From the NCBI GenBank assembly GCA_049320885.1, contig JBMORA010000004.1:1-31370 (forward strand): 31,370 nt of DNA, in the 5' to 3' direction. This stretch comes from Thermodesulfobacteriota bacterium (GTDB lineage: Bacteria > Desulfobacterota > Desulfobacteria > Desulfobacterales > SURF-7). Position numbers and translations under genes: made by a program. Positions within the stretch are counted from its first letter, which is position 1, and every line of letters begins with the position of its first letter. The notes below the pieces were generated by a model, which had not been told where the DNA came from, searched no databases, and saw only the letters and a program-made list of their open reading frames with translations. This document shows positions 19,677 through 27,227 of this stretch, one piece after another.

Positions 19677-20201
19677 ATGATGTCACCGACCGGAACCTTC
19701 TCCCTTGCAACCCATGGGCGGACATTGATGCAGCTGGTAACTGCACCGGGAGTTTTCTTTGAAAACAGTCGGGACCGTCTGGTTTCGACTGCTCCTCTGG
19801 TGTTTCTAGCGTTTTCCGCCGTGCTGTTCACGGTCCTGACGCTGGTTTTTCAGCCAGGCACACGATCGCCGCTGGTTGCCGCCATTCTCATGGGCAACGC
19901 CTTCGGCATGGTGTTGATCCTGTCATTTATCAGCTACCTGGTGATGGTACTCAGCATGGGGAAAAGAACGGGCTACCGGCAAATGATCGGCGTGTTCGCT
20001 TACGCATCCGGAGCCGGCATGATGATCGCCTGGATTCCGCATATGCTGATCCTGTCCGAACCCTGGCGCTGGTTCCTTGTGGGCATGGGCCTGGCCAAGG
20101 GACTGGGCCTGAAATGGACCGGAAGCCTCTGGATCATTTTCTGCGCCGTCACGGTGATGACGATTCTGTTCCGATCCGTTTTGCCGCTTTTGCATGCATG
20201 A
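19677..20201 (+). CDS. Yip1-like integral membrane protein
   Basis: LVTAPGVFF near the N-terminus, about 5 TM helices, YRQMIGVFAYAS pattern. Confidence 0.7.
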   Translation: MMSPTGTFSLATHGRTLMQLVTAPGVFFENSRDRLVSTAPLVFLAFSAVLFTVLTLVFQPGTRSPLVAAILMGNAFGMVLILSFISYLVMVLSMGKRTGYRQMIGVFAYASGAGMMIAWIPHMLILSEPWRWFLVGMGLAKGLGLKWTGSLWIIFCAVTVMTILFRSVLPLLHA

Positions 20202-20268
20202 AGGAATGGTGATTCATCCGGAAAATACAGCCGGATCGAAATAAAATGAAACCAAAAGGAGAAAATAT

Positions 20269-21183
20269 ATGCATGACAATATCAAAATACTCATGGTGGA
20301 CGATGAAAGCAAATTCCGGGAGACAACCCAGAAAATTCTGAACCGTAAGGGGTTTAACACCATCCTTGCTGCGGATGGAACGGAAGCCCTCACCAAACTG
20401 GACGAAAATCCGGACGTCGTGATCCTGGATATCAAAATGCCGGGTATGGACGGACATTCGGTTCTCAAGGAGATCAAAAACCGGAAACCGGATATTCCCG
20501 TCATTATGCTTACCGGCCATGGCGCGCTTCCGTCCGCCGAGGATGCCTATGTTTCCGGTGCCTTCGATTACCTGTCCAAACCCTGCGATATCGAGCTGCT
20601 GACGGACCGCATCAAAGATGCATGTCACCAAAAGGGCAGGAAAGTCAACGAGGAGGAAACCTTAGTCAAGCATGTCATGGTGCCATTCGAGGAATACACC
20701 ACCATCCAGGAGACCGGAAGTGTGCGGGAAGCGGTCGCCAAACTGAGAGCGTCCTTTTTCTCCAAGTTGTCCACCAGCCGTCTCATGGAAACCGGGCATC
20801 GTTCGGTTCTGGTCATGGACAATCAGAATAAGGTGGTCGGTATCCTGACCATCATCGATCTGATGGAGGCCATTATGCCCCGGTATTTGTCGGCACCCAA
20901 ACCTTCCATGGCGGACAGTATTGAGTTTTCTCCCATGTTCTGGAAGGGAATGTTCTCGAGGGAAGTGGAAAAAATCGCGGATAAACAGGTTCACGAGATT
21001 ATGTCGCCTGTTCCGCAGGAGATCGACGCCAATGCGAATCTGATGGAAGCGTCTTATATGATGATCAAAAGCAAGAACAGGCGACTCGTGGTAGTGGAGG
21101 GAGGCAAACCTGCGGGCATCATCCGGGAACAGGACCTGTTCTTTGTGATGGAACGATTGTTCCGGAACGAATCCGACGCCTGA
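20269..21183 (+). CDS. Response regulator: receiver domain plus CBS pair
   Basis: ILMVDDE, DVVILDIKMPGMDG, IMLTGHG and YLSKP; C-terminal VGILTIIDL and AGIIREQDL CBS motifs. Confidence 0.92.
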   Translation: MHDNIKILMVDDESKFRETTQKILNRKGFNTILAADGTEALTKLDENPDVVILDIKMPGMDGHSVLKEIKNRKPDIPVIMLTGHGALPSAEDAYVSGAFDYLSKPCDIELLTDRIKDACHQKGRKVNEEETLVKHVMVPFEEYTTIQETGSVREAVAKLRASFFSKLSTSRLMETGHRSVLVMDNQNKVVGILTIIDLMEAIMPRYLSAPKPSMADSIEFSPMFWKGMFSREVEKIADKQVHEIMSPVPQEIDANANLMEASYMMIKSKNRRLVVVEGGKPAGIIREQDLFFVMERLFRNESDA

Positions 21184-21201
21184 AAAAAGTAGCTGCGCCA
21201 G

Positions 21202-21231
21202 GGGTAGGGGGCCAGCCAGGCCCTACCCTTT
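21202..21231 (+). terminator. Hairpin, likely terminator between convergent units
   Basis: GGGTAGGG...CCCTACCC stem followed by TTT, just downstream of the regulator stop. Confidence 0.55.
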
Positions 21232-21283
21232 GAGGCGGAATGACGATTTAAAGGGGATGCAACACCGCGCCGGCCGGCCGCGG

Positions 21284-21496
21284 TTATTTCTTGCCGATCT
21301 CGCCGATCAGTTCCTTGATGATGCCGGCGACATTCCGGCCGCGTTCCCGGGCAATGCGGTGGGCTTCGTCCACGATCCGTTCCGCCTGCTTCCGGATGGC
21401 GGCGGGATCGGGCAAGGGAATGCCGGCGCGCTGGTATTTCCATTGCAGCAGTCTGGCCGCCAGGTTTTCTTCCTGGGTCCTGAAAAATCCCTTCAT
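21284..21496 (-). CDS. 70-aa hypothetical protein, copy A
   Basis: Protein is identical to 24252-24464; AGGAG RBS; TAAATG coupling to the upstream holA frame. Confidence 0.75.
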   Translation of the reverse strand: MKGFFRTQEENLAARLLQWKYQRAGIPLPDPAAIRKQAERIVDEAHRIARERGRNVAGIIKELIGEIGKK

Positions 21497-22296
21497 TTAT
21501 GTCAAACTCCTTTTGGGCGGGTTTCCCAGGATCCGGGTCAGCGCGTTCTCCAGAATCAGGCGGGGGGATTGGGCCGAGGATTTCATCCGCAGATCCGCAG
21601 CATGGGGGATCCTCAACCCGTCCACCAGTTCGGCGAGGGAGAAATTCCCGGATTTGCGCACCAGGAGATAAACCGGATACGGATTGTTCGGATTGGCGCC
21701 GATTCCCGTATCCGCCTCCCCTTTCTTCTTGGAGCGCCTGTCGGCTTTTTTCCCCGCCGGCGGCAGGGCCTCCTCCCGGTCGTCGCCCATGACCGAAAGT
21801 TCCGCGTCGAAGCGTTCCATGGCCGGCAGCACCGCCGCCTTGAATTGGGGGAAGGGCATGTCCTTTTGCCAGGCCCTGCCATGCCGGCTTTCGGTGAAAT
21901 CCTTCACCACGATCAGTTTGCGAATCTGCTTGGCCAGGGCGGACAAGAGCTGCAAGGGATGGAAACCGTCCGCCAGCATTGAATCCAGGCAAATCAAGGC
22001 TTTTGACAGCTCCCGGCCCGAAAGGGCACCGGTGAGCTCAAAGATCGGATCCTGCCGGGTTCGGCGCAGCACGGCCCGGACATCGTCGGCGGTGATCATC
22101 TGCCGGTCGCCGACATAACTGACCAGGGTATCGATATTGCCGGCGAAAAAGCGCGGATCCGCGCCGGTCAACTCCGCCAGGGCTGCGTAGGCCGCCTTGT
22201 CCATCCGCTTGCAGCTGCCGGCCAGATGCTCTGGTACACCTTGCGCCGCTTGTCCACCAGATCGGTGGTGATGATCGACAGGTTCCCCTTGGGGAA
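21497..22296 (-). pseudogene. holA: Truncated, frameshifted holA duplicate (C-terminal part only)
   Basis: Lacks the 5' ~560 nt of holA; 103-nt deletion; about a dozen amino-acid changes versus the intact copy. Confidence 0.88.
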
Positions 22297-22526
22297 CGGC
22301 AGCCGGGTGCACGCCGAGGATGTGGCCCTCTGTAGGGTGGACGGCACCAGTTTTCCGGCGGAATGCTGGTCCCATCCCCAGATCATGGATGGGGAAATCA
22401 TCGGTGCGGTGGTGACGTTCATCGATATTACGGAACGTAAACTCGTAACCCGGGAACGCGAACGGCTGGTGAACGAACTCCAGGAAGCCCTGGCAAACAT
22501 CAAAACCCTGAGGGTGGTCTTACCAG
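22297..22526 (+). pseudogene. Fragment of a PAS/PAC sensor gene
   Basis: RVDGTSFPAEC...GEIIGAVVTFIDITERK is a PAC motif, followed by the ERERLVNELQEALANIKTL coiled coil. No native start, and similarity appears to end at ...VLP. Confidence 0.75.
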
Positions 22527-22536
22527 CGTTACCCGT

Positions 22537-24162
22537 CTACGACAGATCCGCGATGATCATGCCGCATGTATGCAGCCCGCTGCGCATGACCCCGGTGTAT
22601 CCACCCCCCGGAAAGCCCCACGCGCCCGCAAGATACAATCCTTCAACCGGTGTGTCATTCTTGATCCGGCTCATGAAGTGATTGTCCATGGACTGCTCGT
22701 AACCATATATGGCCCCGCCGGGATTTCTGGTGTATCGAAGATTGGTTAGGGGTGTGGAGGATTCCGATTCCTCGATCATGGTCCGCAACCCCGGAATGAA
22801 ACGGGCCTCCACCCGCCGGAGCAGGATGTCGGTTATCGCCCGTTTCCGCCGGTAATACGCCCCTTTTTTCCCGGCGACATAATCCGCTTCAAAGCCTTTC
22901 CAGGGCTCATAACCCGAGAGAAAGGTGATCATGACCGTAGATTTGCCGGGGGGGGAATAGCCCTGGAAATAATTGTCGAAGAGGGTGACGGAATAACCGA
23001 CTTTTTCCGGATCGCATTGGAGGGCCTGCTGGAAACCGGCCTCCACGCCATCCATGGCGGCGGCATGGATGCAACAGCCCGGTATTTTTCCGCGGAGGTC
23101 TGCGTTGAGCCCCAGCCAGATGCAAAAAGAGGACAGACTCGGGCGCAGCGCCCCAATGTGCGCGGAATAATCGGCATAGTCCCTGTCGGTTTCCAGCAGC
23201 TTGTGAAAGGTGTCCGGCAGATTCGCATTGCTCACGACGATGCCGGCCGGCAGGGTATTCCCATCAGCCAGGCGGACGCCGCGGACAACCCCGTCTTTGG
23301 CCAGGATGTTATTCACCGGTGTATTCAGCATTACCTGTCCGCCGTTTTCCCTGATGACCTCCACCAGGGCCTGGCTCAGGCGCTGGGACTGGCCGCGAAT
23401 ATACCAGGAACCGTTTTGCAGATAATCCGCCGTGGCGTTGGCATAATAGAAACCGGAAAGCCGCGATGGCGGCAGGCCGTAATATCCGCAGAGATAACTG
23501 AGAAGATTCCTGAGTTCCGGGTCGGCGACATGCTCGTCCAGCAAATCCGCCAGGGTTTTGTTCCGGATATTCCACATCCGGGAATACTGGAAGGGAAAGA
23601 ACAGGTGGACGTATTGATTGTTTTTCAAAAAAAGCTGATAAACCTCTTCATGGACCCCCAGCATTTCGGCAACGAAATTCCGGATGCCATGCTTTTCGCC
23701 GGGATAATAGGCCGACAGCAGCCGGATATAGGCTTCCGGATCCCGATCCGGAAGCAGAAAATCCTTCCCGTTGGTCACCAGACGATGGGCCTGGGTCAAT
23801 TCCACCAGGTCCAGCTTATCAAGCAGTCCGAGTTCCTTGAAAATCCGGTGGGTTTCATTGCCCTTGGCGGCGACGGCGTGCAGGGAGACGTCGAATTGAA
23901 AGGCGCCGCGCCGGAAACAGGTCGCGTATCCGCCGGGAACATGGTGCTGCTCCACGACCGTGACGGGAAATCCGGCCTTGGCGAGATAAGCGGCGCAGGT
24001 CAGCCCGCCCAGGCCGGCGCCGATGACCACCACTGGATATTGTTCCTTGTGGTCCACCGCCAGGGCCGCCTCTTCCACACCGGGCCAGCCCAGAAAAACG
24101 GTCGCAGCCGTCATGGCGGAGTATTTGAGAAAATCCCGCCTTGTTCCCCGAGGTCTCTTCAT
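22537..24162 (-). CDS. Tat-signal FAD-dependent oxidoreductase (phytoene desaturase/retinol saturase-like family)
   Basis: MKRPRGTRRDFLK twin-arginine signal ending AALA; VVIGAGLGGL Rossmann motif; EQHHVPGG; TPLT...GAIYG; GLYLAGAWGFPGGG. Start at 24162. Confidence 0.88.
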   Translation of the reverse strand: MKRPRGTRRDFLKYSAMTAATVFLGWPGVEEAALAVDHKEQYPVVVIGAGLGGLTCAAYLAKAGFPVTVVEQHHVPGGYATCFRRGAFQFDVSLHAVAAKGNETHRIFKELGLLDKLDLVELTQAHRLVTNGKDFLLPDRDPEAYIRLLSAYYPGEKHGIRNFVAEMLGVHEEVYQLFLKNNQYVHLFFPFQYSRMWNIRNKTLADLLDEHVADPELRNLLSYLCGYYGLPPSRLSGFYYANATADYLQNGSWYIRGQSQRLSQALVEVIRENGGQVMLNTPVNNILAKDGVVRGVRLADGNTLPAGIVVSNANLPDTFHKLLETDRDYADYSAHIGALRPSLSSFCIWLGLNADLRGKIPGCCIHAAAMDGVEAGFQQALQCDPEKVGYSVTLFDNYFQGYSPPGKSTVMITFLSGYEPWKGFEADYVAGKKGAYYRRKRAITDILLRRVEARFIPGLRTMIEESESSTPLTNLRYTRNPGGAIYGYEQSMDNHFMSRIKNDTPVEGLYLAGAWGFPGGGYTGVMRSGLHTCGMIIADLS

Positions 24163-24211
24163 ATCCGTCACCTGTCTGTTGCCTGGAAAGGATAGGGTTT
24201 TTAGCCCCCCG

Positions 24212-25367
24212 CGATTCAAGGGGGATGCAACACCGCGCCGGCCGGCCGCGGTTATTTCTTGCCGATTTCGCCGATCAGTTCCTTGATGATGCCGGCGACA
24301 TTCCGGCCGCGTTCCCGGGCAATGCGGTGGGCTTCGTCCACGATCCGTTCCGCCTGCTTCCGGATGGCGGCGGGATCGGGCAAGGGAATGCCGGCGCGCT
24401 GGTATTTCCATTGCAGCAGTCTGGCCGCCAGGTTTTCTTCCTGGGTCCTGAAGAATCCCTTCATTTATGTCAAACTCCTTTTGGGCGGGTTTCCCATGAT
24501 CCGGGTCAGCGCGTTCTCCAGAATCAGGCGGGGGGATTGGGCCGAGGATTTCATCCGCAGATCCGCAGCATGGAGATTCCTCAATCCGTCCACCAGTTCG
24601 GCGAGGGAGAAATTCCCGGATTTGCGCACCAGGAGATAAACCGGATACGGATTGTTCGGATTGGCGCCGATTCCCGTATCCGCCTCCCCTTTCTTCTTGG
24701 AGCGCTTGTCGGCTTTTTTCCCCTCCGGCGGCAGGGCATCCTCCCGGTCGTCGCCCATGACCGAAAGTTCCGCGTCGAAGCGTTCCATGGCCGGCAGCAC
24801 CGCCGCCTTGAATTGGGAGAACGACATGTCCTTTTGCCAGGCCCTGCCATGCCGGCTTTCGGTGAAATCCTTCACCACGATCAGTTTGCGAATCTGCTTG
24901 GCCAGGGCGGACAAGAGCTGCAAGGGATGGAAACCGTCTGCCAGCAACGAATCCAGGCAGATCAAGGCTTTTGACAGCTCCCGGTCCGAAAAGGCGCCGG
25001 TGAGCTCAAAGATCGGATCCTGCCGGGTTCGGCGCAGCACGGCCCGGACATCGTCGGCGGTGATCATCTGCCGGTCGCCGACATAACTGACCAGCGTATC
25101 GATATTGCCGGCGAAAAGGCGCGGATCCGCGCCGGTCAACTCCGCCAGGGCCGCGTAGGCCGCCTTGTCCATCCGCTTGCCGCTGCCGTCCAGCCGCTCC
25201 CGGACCGTCTCCTGCAGCAGGGCCTCCTGGGCCTGACGATCCGCCTGGCGATTCCCCTTGGGCATGGAGCAATCCACGATCACGCCGGCCTGTTTGATGC
25301 TCTGGTACACCTTGCGCCGCTTGTCCACCAGATCGGTGGTGATGATCAGCAGGTTCCCCTTGGGGAA
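24212..25367. repeat. Direct repeat copy B (native locus)
   Basis: Matches 21244-22296 and includes the 103 nt (25194-25296) missing from copy A. Confidence 0.95.
24252..24464 (-). CDS. 70-aa hypothetical protein, copy B
   Basis: Directly follows the holA stop (TAAATG); RBS present; the two differences from copy A are both synonymous. Confidence 0.8.
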   Translation of the reverse strand: MKGFFRTQEENLAARLLQWKYQRAGIPLPDPAAIRKQAERIVDEAHRIARERGRNVAGIIKELIGEIGKK

Positions 25368-25931
25368 TCCTTTTTCAATGGCCTTTTCCAGGACCCCGGC
25401 CTCGTCCGGTGCGTCCGGAACGGATAAATTTTGATTCCGGGCAAATGCAATGGTTTCTTCCAGCCATGCTTCCAGTTCCCCTTCCCCGGAATCGGTTTTC
25501 AAGGCCTCTTGCAGGCTATCCGGGTCCGCCTCGTTCAGTTTCAGGTTCAGGGAAGCGAGGAATCGCAGGAGATTCCTGGCGGCCTTGGCGATATCCTTCT
25601 GTTGATAGGCCGCCTTTGCGTTTTCCAGCCATTTCCCCTTGTCCTGGCTGGAATAAAAAATCTTGGCGTCCGCAAACGCCACGATCTTGCGCTGGGACAG
25701 AAAGGGATAGGTGGCCATGCTTTCCAGCACGCGGAAAACATTCGTCGAATTGCCGTCCAGGACTTCCTGATCGAATCCCCCGCCCTTATCCGGACAGATC
25801 CGTTCGATCAGGGAGGACTGGACGGATTTGTACAGATATTCCTCGCCGAAGAGCAGGTATACCGGCGGCACGGCCCCGGTATCCATTTCCCGCAGATAGT
25901 TCTGGAACTGTTGGTAAGGGATTTCAGGCAT
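24465..25931 (-). CDS. holA: DNA polymerase III delta subunit (long form, 488 aa)
   Basis: PVYLLFGEEYL, TYPFLSQRKIV, VDKRRKVY, ITADDV...IFELT, GFHPLQLL and ADLRMKSS. Confidence 0.88.
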   Translation of the reverse strand: MPEIPYQQFQNYLREMDTGAVPPVYLLFGEEYLYKSVQSSLIERICPDKGGGFDQEVLDGNSTNVFRVLESMATYPFLSQRKIVAFADAKIFYSSQDKGKWLENAKAAYQQKDIAKAARNLLRFLASLNLKLNEADPDSLQEALKTDSGEGELEAWLEETIAFARNQNLSVPDAPDEAGVLEKAIEKGFPKGNLLIITTDLVDKRRKVYQSIKQAGVIVDCSMPKGNRQADRQAQEALLQETVRERLDGSGKRMDKAAYAALAELTGADPRLFAGNIDTLVSYVGDRQMITADDVRAVLRRTRQDPIFELTGAFSDRELSKALICLDSLLADGFHPLQLLSALAKQIRKLIVVKDFTESRHGRAWQKDMSFSQFKAAVLPAMERFDAELSVMGDDREDALPPEGKKADKRSKKKGEADTGIGANPNNPYPVYLLVRKSGNFSLAELVDGLRNLHAADLRMKSSAQSPRLILENALTRIMGNPPKRSLT

Positions 25932-25949
25932 GGTCGGGACTCGTTCCTC

Positions 25950-26720
25950 TCACGATGCGGCATGGCGGCGGTAAAGCCGGTACAGCATGATCATCGCCAG
26001 CAGGGCCAGGGAGGACCCGATCACCTGGGAGATGGAGAAAACCCCCCAGATGAATTCACCGCGGAAATCGCCGCGGAACGTTTCAATGACCGAACGATTG
26101 ACGCCATACAACAGGATGTAAATCCAGAAAAGCTGGCCGTCGAATTTCATCCGCCGCCGGAACAGCCACAGAAGGCTGAAAATGACCAGGTTATTGATCG
26201 CATCATACAGCTGGGTCGGATGCAGGCCGACACCGATGGGCCTGGCCAGGGTATCCGGATTGGAAAACGTCACCGCCCACGGCAGGCTGCAGACCTTGCC
26301 ATAGCAGCAGCCGGCGCAGAAACAGCCCAGGCGGCCGAACACATGGGCAATGGCCACGGCCGGCGCGAAGATATCCGTCACCTTCCATACCGGCATCCGG
26401 TTCTTTTTCAGGTACACCAGACAGACGATCAGGGCGGTGATAAAAGCGCCGTAAAACACGAGCCCGCCATTCCAGATACGAAACACTTCCAGCGGATCGG
26501 CCATGAACAGGCGGGGATTGGTGGCCACGTAAAACAGGCGGGCGCCCACCACTCCCGCAATCACCAGATAAAAAGCCAGGTCGGCGATCTTGTCCGGGTC
26601 CATGGACTTGCGGCGGGCCTCGCTTCGCGCGACCATCACCGCCACCAGGATGCCGATGGCGATCATCAGGCCATAGGTGTAGAGGGTGAACGGTCCGATT
26701 TTGATCAGTATGGGGAACAT
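25950..26720 (-). CDS. lgt: Prolipoprotein diacylglyceryl transferase
   Basis: YTYGLM, GARLFYV, IWNGGLVFYG, GRLGCFCAGCCYG and HPTQLY. Confidence 0.97.
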   Translation of the reverse strand: MFPILIKIGPFTLYTYGLMIAIGILVAVMVARSEARRKSMDPDKIADLAFYLVIAGVVGARLFYVATNPRLFMADPLEVFRIWNGGLVFYGAFITALIVCLVYLKKNRMPVWKVTDIFAPAVAIAHVFGRLGCFCAGCCYGKVCSLPWAVTFSNPDTLARPIGVGLHPTQLYDAINNLVIFSLLWLFRRRMKFDGQLFWIYILLYGVNRSVIETFRGDFRGEFIWGVFSISQVIGSSLALLAMIMLYRLYRRHAAS

Positions 26721-26729
26721 GGCGACCCT

Positions 26730-27221
26730 CTATACCGGCATTTTCTTGAACAACAAGTGATAAAGAAATATGGCCATGCCGATGGAAATGGCGCTGTCCG
26801 CCACGTTGAAGGCCGGCCAATGCCATTGGTTGACATACACATCCAGAAAATCGATCACCGTGCCGATGCGGATCCGGTCGATGAGGTTGCCGATGGCGCC
26901 GCCGAAAATCAGCGCGAAACCCGTGGCGAGCATGGGATGACTTTCGGGCGTGTTCTGGTAGAAATAGAAAATGAAGCCCACGGCCAGCAGCGAAACGACA
27001 ACAAACAGCAGCACCCGGACGGTCTGACTCTGCCCGGCCATGAAACCGAAGGCCCCGCCCGGATTGTGGATATAGGTGAGATTGAAAAAGCCCGGAATGA
27101 CGGGTATGGACTCATAGAGCCGCATGGTGTTCACCACCAGGACTTTGGTGAGCTGGTCCAGCCCCACGATCAGGAACGCGACAATCAGCAGTTTTCGGTA
27201 TTTGGCCGGCATAGGCTCCAT
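26730..27221 (-). CDS. lspA: Signal peptidase II
   Basis: DQLTK, NPGGAFG, GAIGNLIDR, VIDF and FNVAD; follows ileS. Confidence 0.97.
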   Translation of the reverse strand: MEPMPAKYRKLLIVAFLIVGLDQLTKVLVVNTMRLYESIPVIPGFFNLTYIHNPGGAFGFMAGQSQTVRVLLFVVVSLLAVGFIFYFYQNTPESHPMLATGFALIFGGAIGNLIDRIRIGTVIDFLDVYVNQWHWPAFNVADSAISIGMAIFLYHLLFKKMPV

Positions 27222-27227
27222 TCTGGT

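Larger units (their letters stand above)
21244..22296. repeat. Direct repeat copy A (3' part of holA plus the 70-aa gene)
   Basis: Aligns to 24212-25367 at offset 2968, with about 29 substitutions counted by eye and a 103-nt deletion after 22225. Confidence 0.95.

Noticed and set aside
24163..24411. N-terminal extension of the oxidoreductase in the ORF track
   Set aside because: It overlaps orf70, and the Tat signal defines the start at 24162.
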